Source of the DNA: Escherichia phage vB_EcoM_G17
Sequence record: MK327931.1
Strand: one strand, 5' to 3'
DNA length: 64,000 nt
In this document: positions 36,672 to 48,868 of the stretch, piece after piece
How the letters are laid out: the number at the start of each line of letters is the position of its first letter
Numbering within the stretch: position 1 is the stretch's first letter
Program-made: the position numbers and the translations under genes
The notes under the pieces: generated by a model
The model's database searches: none
What the model was told of the DNA's origin: nothing
The model's input: only the letters and a program-made list of their open reading frames with translations

Positions 36672-37090
36672 TTGTTTAGCTCCGTTAATTTTCGTTTAAC
36701 TTCTAGATCATGAAACTCATCTGCATATGAGTTTTGAACAGTTCTGATGTATTCCAACATAACAAACATAGTTCCACATACCCATAGATATGTATAGTAA
36801 TCAAATACAAATGCATATAACATACACGGTACTAAAATGAAAGTGTAAACAAAACTATATCGTGTAGTTCCAAATACTTTCAGATATAACAAACGTCTAT
36901 AATCACGGGCAAATGTATTGATGCACACTGAAAATGTAATTAATGTATACCATGAAATACCCTGAATTAAACCTGAAACATTTAAAAGTTTATGTTCATC
37001 GGAAAACCCCAGTGCATTTAGCACTGGAGCCATAACCCAACCAATAATACTAATAAGAAAAAGATATTTTGCATTACTTAGTGTGAACAT
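36668..37090 (-). CDS. polytopic membrane protein (140 aa)
   Basis: Multiple hydrophobic segments. Confidence 0.55.
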   Translation of the reverse strand: MFTLSNAKYLFLISIIGWVMAPVLNALGFSDEHKLLNVSGLIQGISWYTLITFSVCINTFARDYRRLLYLKVFGTTRYSFVYTFILVPCMLYAFVFDYYTYLWVCGTMFVMLEYIRTVQNSYADEFHDLEVKRKLTELNK

Positions 37091-37091
37091 A

Positions 37092-37550
37092 TTACTTTAG
37101 TCCCCATGCTTTTTTGATTGCATCAACAGAGTTTTGGTCCACTACTTCCTTTTTTTCTGATGTAGTTTGAAGTTTATTAATTACATATTCCTTTGCATCT
37201 TTTTCTATCATAAATTTACCATCAACCAACACACCAAAAACTTTAGAATTTCGGGCTGGATATGGATTAATTTCATCAAGAGTACGGACTTTCTTATCAA
37301 CTATAATGGCTTTGATGTAACCAGTTTCAAGTACTGTTGTAATCACAGTCATTTCAATTGCAACTGGTGAATCTTCCCAATACGCAATCCATTTAGTAAA
37401 GCTACGATCAGGTGAATCTTTTGTGCATTTTAATTTAATTGCACTATTAAAAATGTATTGTTTAAAATTGTCATCGACAACTTCACTAATACTAAAATAA
37501 CCTTCACGCTCTTCAACATTACGTTTGAAATTTGTAGCTAATACATCCAT
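37092..37550 (-). CDS. hypothetical protein (152 aa)
   Basis: ORF in array. Confidence 0.55.
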   Translation of the reverse strand: MDVLATNFKRNVEEREGYFSISEVVDDNFKQYIFNSAIKLKCTKDSPDRSFTKWIAYWEDSPVAIEMTVITTVLETGYIKAIIVDKKVRTLDEINPYPARNSKVFGVLVDGKFMIEKDAKEYVINKLQTTSEKKEVVDQNSVDAIKKAWGLK

Positions 37551-37591
37551 TTTCCATCCCCCTTGGGTTACTTGGTGTGTTAATTATAATA

Positions 37592-38068
37592 CTAAGAATC
37601 TTTGTTGTCAAACTTTTCCCTCAAATATTTTTCTATTAATCTAATTTGTGTTGGTGGTAAGATAAAGTAATCGTACATAGATTTACTACCATGTATCGAA
37701 CAACCTACACTAATACTATAATCATATGGATATAAGTATATTGGGTCTTGTATATCAGGTATGAAAACTATTCTTGATATATTACCATTTCCTATTCTTA
37801 CTTGGACGTTATCATTATTATTAAGATAATTTCTTATACAGTACTCAATTATACCATTTACTTTAGAATCATAACCATAATTTTTATATTCAGGAAAAAT
37901 GAAATAGCGTTCATGGTATAGATATGAGCATAGTAACGCTGGGAAAAAATTCCAAAATCCTTCATGTTTTGCAATTGTTTGTGCATATTTAAAATGATTA
38001 GCATTACTAAAAATATTATACAGCACAAAATACACAAATGGACTTACCAACAACACTATTGTTAACAT
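37592..38068 (-). CDS. hypothetical protein with N-terminal TM (158 aa)
   Basis: MLTIVLLVSPFVYFVLYNIF hydrophobic N-terminus. Confidence 0.55.
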   Translation of the reverse strand: MLTIVLLVSPFVYFVLYNIFSNANHFKYAQTIAKHEGFWNFFPALLCSYLYHERYFIFPEYKNYGYDSKVNGIIEYCIRNYLNNNDNVQVRIGNGNISRIVFIPDIQDPIYLYPYDYSISVGCSIHGSKSMYDYFILPPTQIRLIEKYLREKFDNKDS

Positions 38069-38529
38069 CAGAAGCCTCTGTATTTTTCATACACTTCAAC
38101 GCATTCCATGATTTTGTCATCGTCCATCATATCATAGCCTTGTAGAAATTCTTCTTTATCAACCTTCCCTGCCATCATGTCTGTGTCAGAAATTCTGGAG
38201 TCATAGAAGGAATACATATCTTTATAGTACTGGTTTTTGTGCTGCTCAATCTTTACTTTAGCATATCCAGCACAAAATGAAGGAGATTTAACAACTTCCC
38301 ATTTATGCTTCTTGATGGGTTTATCATTAGCATGTTTTTCTCTGTATGTCTGACGATAACGTTCACGCATTTCAGGCATGTATTCTTCAGCAGTACGTTT
38401 AGGGGGAGTTTTACCAGTCCCAATAGTTTTAATAGTTTGACGTTGTTCTTCTGCGTGTACTGGGGAAATAAAACATGATGTACCAAACAGTACTGCTACG
38501 ATAACCATAAAATTCTTAAACATAATCAA
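38068..38529 (-). CDS. secreted protein (signal peptide)
   Basis: MIMFKNFMVIVAVLFGTSCFISPVHA. Confidence 0.6.
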   Translation of the reverse strand: MIMFKNFMVIVAVLFGTSCFISPVHAEEQRQTIKTIGTGKTPPKRTAEEYMPEMRERYRQTYREKHANDKPIKKHKWEVVKSPSFCAGYAKVKIEQHKNQYYKDMYSFYDSRISDTDMMAGKVDKEEFLQGYDMMDDDKIMECVEVYEKYRGF

Positions 38530-38753
38530 ACCTCTTTTACAATAATATCGATTGATACTGGAATTGCAATTTCACTATTACATGAATATACATCAGCACA
38601 GTACTCAATATCTAGTACTTTATAATATTTCTCAAAACCACAAATGGTAAGATTCAACGTTGACCCAACTGCTGGGAGTTCAGGAAATGATAAGAACGCA
38701 ATTTTAGAATGAAATTCTTCATTGATATCTTGATATACAGTTGCAGTAATCAC
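38526..38753 (-). CDS. hypothetical protein (75 aa)
   Basis: ORF in array. Confidence 0.5.
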   Translation of the reverse strand: MITATVYQDINEEFHSKIAFLSFPELPAVGSTLNLTICGFEKYYKVLDIEYCADVYSCNSEIAIPVSIDIIVKEV

Positions 38754-39334
38754 AATGGTAACTCCTGTAGTGGTTTCATAATACCGAGTACTGGGTGATT
38801 TTCAATCATTGGTCGCCCTGGTACACCAGTGAGGATAACTGGGATAGAACTAATATCTTTTACATAGTTGAATCCCTCAAACGTGAACTCTTGTTTTTTC
38901 TCATTATACAATACCCATAGTATTACGTCAGCTTTTTTCTGGATATTTTTTAACTGTCGAGTACTAACACATGGTCCAAAGTCAGTCCATGATTTATACT
39001 TGATACCTTTTACTTCAATACGAAGGTTGTTTACCTTAATATCACATTCACCGTCACGTGCTTCATTTTGGAATGCTGGATCGATATTAAGTTTAATACC
39101 AGTATTGTTTTCAATTTCATTAAAAAGTACTAAAGATGCGTGCTCACATACCATACCAACAAAATGACTATGTGCATGATTAAAACCATATGGCGATTTA
39201 CTGGCTGGAGCCAAAAGTTTATATCGTTCTGATTTTTCAATCGCTTTTGCCATGAAAGAATCAGCTTCATCTTTATATAACTTAACAGTCATTTTTCCAT
39301 TTTTCAGTACTAATCTATTATCAATAACATTCAT
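38750..39334 (-). CDS. hypothetical protein (194 aa)
   Basis: ORF in array. Confidence 0.6.
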   Translation of the reverse strand: MNVIDNRLVLKNGKMTVKLYKDEADSFMAKAIEKSERYKLLAPASKSPYGFNHAHSHFVGMVCEHASLVLFNEIENNTGIKLNIDPAFQNEARDGECDIKVNNLRIEVKGIKYKSWTDFGPCVSTRQLKNIQKKADVILWVLYNEKKQEFTFEGFNYVKDISSIPVILTGVPGRPMIENHPVLGIMKPLQELPL

Positions 39335-39450
39335 AAAAACACCTCATTATTCATTCACTACATGATAACACCAAATCATACACCAGTCAAGCTCATTTTT
39401 TGGATATGCATAATAAATACGTTATAATAATTATACCAATGGAGGGATAA

Positions 39451-40605
39451 ATGTCAAGGTCAATTGCTGCGGCTGGACGCTATAAGTTTGGTGAATGTGG
39501 TTATGTTGTTGATGGTGCAATCCTCAACGATGGAACTAGACTAAAAAATATTAGAATCTATCGCCAAAGAAGCCATAGATTATATGATTTAGTTGATCCC
39601 AGAACTAATATAATATATCGTAAAGTACAAATAACAACTAAAGATAATAAAGGTTATCTATTAAATTACAATAAAACTAATGACCAACTATTAAGTGAAA
39701 TTAATAAAAATTGTTTCTTTGTTCGTGGATATTCCGAAGAGCCACAAGAAACTGATACTGGATTTGTATATAAATTCATGCTACATAAAACAATTTTAGG
39801 TAGTTCACAAACCTTGTATCATATGTATACACCTGAATGTGGTATTATAGATCGTGATATAGATAATATTCTCATTTCACCAGTATTTGTTGGTAATGAC
39901 TCAATTAGTGGTAAATTATTCAACACTGGTTCAGAAATTGATACTAACGGTATGGTAATAACAATCGTATTACCAGACGGGACAGAATACTTTACTACCC
40001 AATTTGTTAATGATGCATTTACAATTCCAGTTGATGTTATCACACAATCAGGGAAAGGTACTGCTACGCTCACTTCTCCATATTATAACACTAAAGTGGT
40101 GGAATTTGATGTTCTTGAAAGTGGTGAGGATATTGATTTTGTTACATCAGTTCTTCTATCCCAATTTGAACCTGTTTCGGAAGGTGTATTTTCTGCGGTT
40201 GTTCCATTTGATGTTCATGATCGTGGACAGTACTTAGCACTTCAAGCATACAGTGGTGACTTATATCAAGTTGGTGTAGATCTTTCTGTAGACGCAGAAG
40301 GTAATATTACTGTGTATCAAACTGATAATTTACCTGTTTCTTTGAGTATAATCGGAAAAACACTGCATACTACTCCTTTCCATAAAGAATATACTTTAAG
40401 TGAGTGGGTTCTCGGTGAAGACTCTATGTACTCTATCTCAGTTCCAGTAACTGAACATGGTAAAGCACTACCACAAGTTCAATTATATTCTTCAGACAAT
40501 CATGTAGTTCATAGTGAAATACAAGTGGATGAAGATGATAATGTAATTCTTAAAGTAGTAGAACCGCTTGACTGCTCAGTCGTAATAGTTGGTTACAACG
40601 CATAA
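39451..40605 (+). CDS. hypothetical protein (384 aa), lone plus-strand gene
   Basis: RBS ggaggg before ATG; beta-rich composition; followed by terminator. Confidence 0.7.
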   Translation: MSRSIAAAGRYKFGECGYVVDGAILNDGTRLKNIRIYRQRSHRLYDLVDPRTNIIYRKVQITTKDNKGYLLNYNKTNDQLLSEINKNCFFVRGYSEEPQETDTGFVYKFMLHKTILGSSQTLYHMYTPECGIIDRDIDNILISPVFVGNDSISGKLFNTGSEIDTNGMVITIVLPDGTEYFTTQFVNDAFTIPVDVITQSGKGTATLTSPYYNTKVVEFDVLESGEDIDFVTSVLLSQFEPVSEGVFSAVVPFDVHDRGQYLALQAYSGDLYQVGVDLSVDAEGNITVYQTDNLPVSLSIIGKTLHTTPFHKEYTLSEWVLGEDSMYSISVPVTEHGKALPQVQLYSSDNHVVHSEIQVDEDDNVILKVVEPLDCSVVIVGYNA

Positions 40606-40640
40606 TAAAAAAGCCACTACATTGTAGTGGCTTTAATTTT
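40605..40640. terminator. bidirectional rho-independent terminator
   Basis: aaaaaaGCCACTACattGTAGTGGCtttaatttt between convergent genes. Confidence 0.75.
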
Positions 40641-40646
40641 ATCTAA

Positions 40647-41459
40647 TTATTTGAAATTGTCACGTAGAACTTCTTCAAGTGTTTTATCTGGATTGCTAAT
40701 GGCTACATTATAAATCAATTCTTTAAATGCAGTTAGTGCCTGCTCAGTTGCTTCTGGACCAAAGTTCTCACTAATGCTTTTAAACATACTTTGTGCACGT
40801 TCTGATTTGATACAACTAGTTACAAACTTGTCAATTTCATTACGAAGCTGCTTAGTTGTCATGTCACCAATGAGCATCTCACTAATTTCTTTTGGTTCAT
40901 CTGCACTTGTTCGGTCATTCGTAAAACCAAACACATCATCACCTGAGCCAAAGCTACGTTTTTCTTTTTTAGTTTCTTTTACTGGTTCTTCTTCAACTTC
41001 TTGTTCGTATTCTTTAGTAAAGAGATGAGATAGTACATCATCAAGATTTTTAACCATACCGTCAATACGAGATTCAGCATTCTTGGATACATGTTTGAAT
41101 GCTTGCTCTAGTGCTTTTTCTTGAATCTGGTCACGAACATTATTAACTACATTACGAAGTTTTTCATTACAGTTGTCTAAAATTTCTAATACTTCACCAG
41201 TTTTGATTTTTTCCAAAAGTACATCTAAATCAGATTTTACATGTTGTTTTTGACTTACTTCACCATTAAGAATTGAATTCAATTCTTTAGCACCTTCAAC
41301 TGCTTCTTCATGTGTTTTAAATTCAACTGGTACGTCAACACCATCCAGTACAATATTAAGCACTTTACCATCAACGTAGGCGTAGGAGTAAGATGCTTTT
41401 TTGAAAGAAATAGTTTTGAAGAAAATGTTGCTCATATTGATATACTCCTTAATGCCCAC
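40647..41459 (-). CDS. hypothetical acidic protein (270 aa)
   Basis: Long ORF. Confidence 0.65.
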   Translation of the reverse strand: MGIKEYINMSNIFFKTISFKKASYSYAYVDGKVLNIVLDGVDVPVEFKTHEEAVEGAKELNSILNGEVSQKQHVKSDLDVLLEKIKTGEVLEILDNCNEKLRNVVNNVRDQIQEKALEQAFKHVSKNAESRIDGMVKNLDDVLSHLFTKEYEQEVEEEPVKETKKEKRSFGSGDDVFGFTNDRTSADEPKEISEMLIGDMTTKQLRNEIDKFVTSCIKSERAQSMFKSISENFGPEATEQALTAFKELIYNVAISNPDKTLEEVLRDNFK

Positions 41460-41790
41460 TAGCTGGGAAGGTTTTAAACATATAGTGACATTGTACTAAA
41501 TCATCGAACTTCAAGCCGAAGTCTTTAGTACCCATCAGTGTGTGGTAAAAATAATGCGAAATTGTATTAGTTTCAGCGTCTTTAATATAGATACCAAATT
41601 CGGTACAGCAAAACTGAACAACTTCATTATAACTTTCTAACTTGGAAATTACAAGTACTTGATCATAAGAATTTTTATCAAATCCAATGATGTACATTTC
41701 CTCTGTTTCTGGGTGTACAATCATCCCACCGCGAGAAATAATTTTCTCGAAGTTACTGCTCAAGTACTGAATTGTTGAACTTAAGTTCAT
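41449..41790 (-). CDS. hypothetical protein (113 aa)
   Basis: ORF in array. Confidence 0.55.
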   Translation of the reverse strand: MNLSSTIQYLSSNFEKIISRGGMIVHPETEEMYIIGFDKNSYDQVLVISKLESYNEVVQFCCTEFGIYIKDAETNTISHYFYHTLMGTKDFGLKFDDLVQCHYMFKTFPASGH

Positions 41791-42003
41791 TTACAACTCC
41801 TTACGTATTACTCGTCCGGTAAGATGTTCATCTGTACAGAACTTCATTATAAATGCTTTTAGATGGAAGTCTTCTAAAATTCTATATGCTTGCTTTTTCA
41901 TAACGACTTCCTTCTTCTCCACATCAACAATTATATCATGTTTCTCGTGAAGTTCCTGGATCATTTGATATGAATTCAAACTTAGTACGCTCATAACCAC
42001 CAA
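41791..42003 (-). CDS. hypothetical protein (70 aa)
   Basis: ORF; overlaps next ORF, so start uncertain. Confidence 0.4.
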   Translation of the reverse strand: MVVMSVLSLNSYQMIQELHEKHDIIVDVEKKEVVMKKQAYRILEDFHLKAFIMKFCTDEHLTGRVIRKEL

Positions 42004-42310
42004 TGTCCTCCATCTCCCACAAAATTTGAACTGCCACTTCTAATTCGTGGTGAATTTGAAAATAACCATTACTTGCAGTATAGATGTAGCCATTTTTAGT
42101 AATTGCATAACCCCACTTTTTACTTTGAGAATGCATCTCACGTTTCAACCCATAAGGTGATGGTGGCTTCTTGACTGGTTCTGGTTCTCGGTTTTCGTTG
42201 TAAATCTCTTGTTCGATTCGCAACGCTTTATAATATGAGTATACATGAATCAGGCGACAAAGTACAATAGTAATGCAACAAATAATTGTAAATGTTATCA
42301 AGCTCATCAA
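41936..42310 (-). CDS. hypothetical protein with N-terminal TM (124 aa)
   Basis: MMSLITFTIICCITIVLC hydrophobic start. Confidence 0.5.
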   Translation of the reverse strand: MMSLITFTIICCITIVLCRLIHVYSYYKALRIEQEIYNENREPEPVKKPPSPYGLKREMHSQSKKWGYAITKNGYIYTASNGYFQIHHELEVAVQILWEMEDIGGYERTKFEFISNDPGTSRET

Positions 42311-42726
42311 TTTGCCCTCTGCCTAGATACATATTCATTAATTGCATCTTCCAAATCATACCCTGACATTTTTACATTATCAATTGAAACATGATATTTT
42401 TTCAGCACTTTTTGTCCAGCAGTGTTCTCCCATATAGACCCATCAGGCTCAATATGAACTTTATGGTTCAGGATGAAATCGAACATTTCTTCTTTTGATA
42501 AGTTTGCTTTACGGGTTTCAATGTGATTAGTATTAAGTAATTCACGAGTATGTTTAATGCCATATTCAGTGTGCACACCAACACTACGATGCAAAACTTT
42601 TAACTGCTCGGAAGCAGTCTCTTCATCATAAACATGAATAGTTTCAGTACTATATAAAATATCCTGAATATTACCAGTACTTACTTCTGTCCAAGTGTCT
42701 TTGAAATGAATTTTGATTGTTTTCAT
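42307..42726 (-). CDS. hypothetical protein (139 aa)
   Basis: ORF in array. Confidence 0.55.
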   Translation of the reverse strand: MKTIKIHFKDTWTEVSTGNIQDILYSTETIHVYDEETASEQLKVLHRSVGVHTEYGIKHTRELLNTNHIETRKANLSKEEMFDFILNHKVHIEPDGSIWENTAGQKVLKKYHVSIDNVKMSGYDLEDAINEYVSRQRAN

Positions 42727-42737
42727 GGAAGCTCGTA

Positions 42738-43184
42738 TTAGTTATATGCTGTGAATAGGTCAATGTTTTTATCATCTACACTGATTAATTTACCAGTTGA
42801 ACTAACAAACACAATATTACCACCAGGGGTGATTTGAACACGCTGGTTTACTGAATATTGATCACTAAGGTTATAATTAGCCCATTCAACTACATAACGC
42901 TGTTCAACACCGTTAGTATCATATAGATAAACGTGTGTAACGTCACGCATTTTTAAACGGTCTAACAGTGTAGAGTTGTCCATGAAATCCGATGGTGTAT
43001 TGCTGCGTAATGCAATACCGAACTCACCGATAACAGTACTAATTGTCAGACCGTTTGAAAAACGGCTACAAAGAGTCTTCTCATCAGCAATATGCATCCA
43101 TAAAACATTCTTTACATCAATATCAACAAATTCACAGTTTTCAAAAACCAAACCTACTTTGGAAACTTTACCATTAAATTGCAT
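42738..43184 (-). CDS. hypothetical protein (148 aa)
   Basis: ORF in array. Confidence 0.55.
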   Translation of the reverse strand: MQFNGKVSKVGLVFENCEFVDIDVKNVLWMHIADEKTLCSRFSNGLTISTVIGEFGIALRSNTPSDFMDNSTLLDRLKMRDVTHVYLYDTNGVEQRYVVEWANYNLSDQYSVNQRVQITPGGNIVFVSSTGKLISVDDKNIDLFTAYN

Positions 43185-43629
43185 TAGTAACTCCTATTTT
43201 TTTATATTTTAAAATTAAATCACTCACTGCTTTCATTAGCTTATATGGAATAGCTAACTCTTGAACAGTACTTTCCATAAAATGTTCTTCTTCTGTATCA
43301 TAAAATGTTGAACTACAGTGTTCACAATCATCTATACTATCATAAAAAGAAGACGTAAGTTTATCAACAATGACAGTGATTTGTTTGTCAGTTTTGGTAC
43401 ATCCTACCTGAACGGTTAATCCAATATCATCAGCCTCTACACGAATTATAAACGAATTATTAGTATAGTTCAGCCAACAATCTTCACCAAAGTATACAAC
43501 ACTGTGTTTCTTCTGAAATGAAGTTGCGGTGTTAAGAACACCAATAACAACATCAACTGTTTTTTCATTTAAAATATTAGACATTTTTATTCCTGCTTCG
43601 TATGTTTCGTGAAATCTCAAATATTCCAT
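43174..43629 (-). CDS. EE-FQ-S family small protein
   Basis: DTEEEHFMESTVQEL. Confidence 0.55.
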   Translation of the reverse strand: MEYLRFHETYEAGIKMSNILNEKTVDVVIGVLNTATSFQKKHSVVYFGEDCWLNYTNNSFIIRVEADDIGLTVQVGCTKTDKQITVIVDKLTSSFYDSIDDCEHCSSTFYDTEEEHFMESTVQELAIPYKLMKAVSDLILKYKKIGVTNAI

Positions 43630-43993
43630 TCAACTGCTCAACAGTTAAACCCTGTAAATCGTAAACTGTTGATAGTTGAAAGAACATCTCTGAATCTATA
43701 GTATCATGTTCAATTGGAAGACTCAAGAGGTCTTTATTAATAAAATAATCATATGTTCGAATTGTCAAAGAATCACCAAAGATATCAATGTAAAATTTCG
43801 GAACATTATGTAACGAAACATCTATTAATATGTTTTCAGCATATCTACAAGAAATTTTAGAATTATTTTTATAAGATTGGTATGAAAAATTATAAGGTTC
43901 ATCGACCAATGTGTATGATGAGGTATCACCTTCGGAAAATATTACACCACATTCAATAAGATGTGTTAACGACTTAGGTGGAATTTTTAACAT
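43577..43993 (-). CDS. EE-FQ-S family small protein
   Basis: DSEMFFQLSTVYDLQGLTVEQL. Confidence 0.6.
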   Translation of the reverse strand: MLKIPPKSLTHLIECGVIFSEGDTSSYTLVDEPYNFSYQSYKNNSKISCRYAENILIDVSLHNVPKFYIDIFGDSLTIRTYDYFINKDLLSLPIEHDTIDSEMFFQLSTVYDLQGLTVEQLNGIFEISRNIRSRNKNV

Positions 43994-43994
43994 T

Positions 43995-44423
43995 TCACTT
44001 CCTATCCTTACTCATATTACTACGGATCACCCCACTAAGAAAACATATTTTCCTTAATGTATCATAACTGATATTTGTAAGATCATGTACAAAATTCAAC
44101 TGCAAGTACATTTCTTCAGTTAATTGATTAAATGTATCATCAACATGAATGTTAGTATGTTCCGTTATATCTATTTCTATATTATTTTCCCAAATATCAA
44201 TGTTAACAGCATAGTCTGATGTATGTCTGGATTGAACTGAAATAAAAATATTATTACTGTTGTATAATGTCTCGGTGTATCCATTCAAAAATGATCCAAC
44301 GACAACATCAAAAATGCCATCTCTAATTGGATTTTTTGTTTCAAACGTATCACTACAAACTTGACGGTATACAATGTCAACATACTTATCAATTAAAGTA
44401 AACAAATAACTCATTGCATTCAC
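43995..44423 (-). CDS. EE-FQ-S family small protein
   Basis: LTEEMYLQLNFVHDLTNISYDTL. Confidence 0.55.
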   Translation of the reverse strand: MNAMSYLFTLIDKYVDIVYRQVCSDTFETKNPIRDGIFDVVVGSFLNGYTETLYNSNNIFISVQSRHTSDYAVNIDIWENNIEIDITEHTNIHVDDTFNQLTEEMYLQLNFVHDLTNISYDTLRKICFLSGVIRSNMSKDRK

Positions 44424-44435
44424 CTATATAAGAAA

Positions 44436-44462
44436 AAAGGCCGATTCATCGAATCAGCCTTA
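44436..44462 (-). terminator. rho-independent terminator
   Basis: Minus strand aaGGCTGATTCgatGAATCGGCCttttttc. Confidence 0.6.
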
Positions 44463-44648
44463 AGTATAACACAGTAGAAGTTAAAAAGTCAACTTCTAAA
44501 TTACAGCATCCAAGAGGAATAAAAAGATACTGTTAGAGGGTAACGAATATAATGAATTTGAGGGTAATATCATTATACGTAAAAAAGTGATAGCTTCTAT
44601 ACATAAGGAGGAATCAGTACTGACTAGAAGCTATCGGGTTAAACGATT

Positions 44649-44933
44649 TCAGTACTGAGTGTTTAGTTTAGGATGAGTATTTCCATCTTCGATTTGTTTT
44701 AGAATCGAGTCACGAATTTCTACTGCCCCTTGATAACTATATTTATCTTTTGGGATCACCCATGTATATTCGCCATCAGTGGTTTTAAAATCAATACATG
44801 GATTATCCCTGTATTCAGATGCAATGATTGCAATAACATGTAATGAATTCAATGAATGATTTGTATAAGGATAATTGTTATTATCTCTGAACGTGAATGT
44901 TTTAAGTTCATCAGGTGCAACAATGAATTCCAT
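44649..44933 (-). CDS. hypothetical protein (94 aa)
   Basis: ORF in array. Confidence 0.5.
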   Translation of the reverse strand: MEFIVAPDELKTFTFRDNNNYPYTNHSLNSLHVIAIIASEYRDNPCIDFKTTDGEYTWVIPKDKYSYQGAVEIRDSILKQIEDGNTHPKLNTQY

Positions 44934-45124
44934 TATTCATCCTCGTACTTCTTGAATGGTGGAACATCTACCTTGAAGTCTTTGCACATCTTAGTTGTAC
45001 GAACTTCAGTATTGTTGTGATAATTTTTCTTAAATTCATAAGAAACATAATTACGAATACCAGGTGTATGAATAATAGCAAGAACCAATGTACGACCAAA
45101 CAAGCATAATAAATTCCAGAACAT
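44933..45124 (-). CDS. hypothetical protein (63 aa)
   Basis: ORF in array. Confidence 0.45.
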   Translation of the reverse strand: MFWNLLCLFGRTLVLAIIHTPGIRNYVSYEFKKNYHNNTEVRTTKMCKDFKVDVPPFKKYEDE

Positions 45125-45133
45125 ATGAATCTC

Positions 45134-45499
45134 CTAATTGTGGGTTTTAACCAAACGTGAGACAGCTAGTATAGCATTAACCTCATCCAATGTCAACCCA
45201 CCAATGTCATTAATCATTGAGTACTGAAATAGTGATTCTTCAGTGTAATGGTAATCATGAGAAGCAATAAAGATTGCTGGTTTAGAGGCATCCAAAATTA
45301 TCTTTGTCATTGTACTATATATATCAAATTGATATAATAGATTTTCACCTGTATATGCTACGTAGATATTATTTGAATAGGCTGGATGTACCATTGTAAA
45401 ACCATCATAACATAATATTTTTATGTTCGGATCGTCAAAATTGCCTGTATAAAGGTTATTACAAACATCTTGCATTATACGTACTATTAGACTAGTCAT
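45134..45499 (-). CDS. EE-FQ-S family small protein
   Basis: YTEESLFQYSMINDIGGLTLDEVNAIL. Confidence 0.6.
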   Translation of the reverse strand: MTSLIVRIMQDVCNNLYTGNFDDPNIKILCYDGFTMVHPAYSNNIYVAYTGENLLYQFDIYSTMTKIILDASKPAIFIASHDYHYTEESLFQYSMINDIGGLTLDEVNAILAVSRLVKTHN

Positions 45500-45917
45500 T
45501 TAATGGATTTAGTACCTCTTCTGGAATCAACTTTTGAACTTTAAGTATAGCTTTAATGTCCTCAAATGTTAATCCTAATATGTCGTTAAGGAGGCAGTAC
45601 TGGAAGAATTTTTCTTCAGTATCAATATCGTTAACATTCAATTCAATTGATTCATCATCATAATCATAATCTTCATTATCACATTCATAACTTCTGAATA
45701 TAACTTTTTCAAAATACACATCAAATGAATAAAAATGATTATTGAATTCATAACCAAGAAAAATATTAAAACATTTACTCAAATCTGTGGTTTGATTCAA
45801 ATCTGGATCATAGCAAAATACTCTAACTTCACCAATATCTTCTAATTGTACATCATGCAGTGACCATGCGTTGTTTTTTAATACATAGTTCACCATTTTA
45901 ACAATGTTGTATGTCAT
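45492..45917 (-). CDS. EE-FQ-S family small protein
   Basis: DTEEKFFQYCLLNDILGLTFEDIKAIL. Confidence 0.6.
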   Translation of the reverse strand: MTYNIVKMVNYVLKNNAWSLHDVQLEDIGEVRVFCYDPDLNQTTDLSKCFNIFLGYEFNNHFYSFDVYFEKVIFRSYECDNEDYDYDDESIELNVNDIDTEEKFFQYCLLNDILGLTFEDIKAILKVQKLIPEEVLNPLND

Positions 45918-45923
45918 AGTGTA

Positions 45924-46013
<90 letters not shown>

Positions 46014-46025
46014 AGAAGTAAGATA

Positions 46026-46126
<101 letters not shown>

Positions 46127-46178
46127 GCCAAGAGTCGGCATAGGTGCAGCACTACAAAGTTCTTCAAGCTGCTTGGTA

Positions 46179-46210
<32 letters not shown>

Positions 46211-46211
46211 T

Positions 46212-46268
<57 letters not shown>

Positions 46269-46270
46269 TA

Positions 46271-46398
<128 letters not shown>

Positions 46399-46417
46399 GC
46401 ATACTCGAAGTACCTCT

Positions 46418-46455
<38 letters not shown>

Positions 46456-46456
46456 A

Positions 46457-46821
<365 letters not shown>

Positions 46822-46830
46822 TAATACCCG

Positions 46831-47232
46831 CTAGTAGTTTAAGTCTGCGGCGTTGAATACACCAAGTGAAGTCTTACCACGTAGTTTAGGTGAAAGGACA
46901 TACTTTGTCAATTTCTTTTTACCGTACCAGCGATTGAATTCGTCTTCAGTGACATATGGGTTCTGGAAATCGTATTCGCGTTTCTTATGCAGTTCTTTAG
47001 CACGTTCTGCAATCTTGGTTCGTTGGTCTTCTGGAATGTCGAATGTATTGTTACGTTCACACCATTCGTGCTCTAATGCACCCTGAAGAAACTGTTCGGT
47101 TTCTTTGACTAGAGTGATTTTAGTCAAGCCTTTTTCGATGTTCATATAATCATCGACGTATCCATTCCAAATAACAATCTCTGGATTGCCGTCAATTTCT
47201 TGAAGCATTTTGATCAAGTCATTCTTTTTCAT
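46831..47232 (-). CDS. hypothetical protein (133 aa)
   Basis: Shares N-terminus with 46603..46818. Confidence 0.6.
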   Translation of the reverse strand: MKKNDLIKMLQEIDGNPEIVIWNGYVDDYMNIEKGLTKITLVKETEQFLQGALEHEWCERNNTFDIPEDQRTKIAERAKELHKKREYDFQNPYVTEDEFNRWYGKKKLTKYVLSPKLRGKTSLGVFNAADLNY

Positions 47233-47240
47233 TTAAATTC

Positions 47241-47498
<258 letters not shown>

Positions 47499-47519
47499 TT
47501 ATACCTCTCATTGTTTATG

Positions 47520-47591
<72 letters not shown>

Positions 47592-47595
47592 TAAT

Positions 47596-48203
<608 letters not shown>

Positions 48204-48254
48204 ATAAACCTCACTATACGTAACTTACACCATATACGTCTGATTGTGGAATTC

Positions 48255-48279
48255 ATTATATCAGTACTGAACTATTTAG

Positions 48280-48284
<5 letters not shown>
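48255..48284 (-). promoter_or_regulatory. sigma70 consensus promoter TTGACT-N17-TATAAT with CAGTACTG
   Basis: Minus strand: TTGACTaaatagttCAGTACTGATATAAT. Confidence 0.65.
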
Positions 48285-48693
<409 letters not shown>

Positions 48694-48702
48694 CTTTTTT
48701 TT

Positions 48703-48864
<162 letters not shown>

Positions 48865-48868
<4 letters not shown>

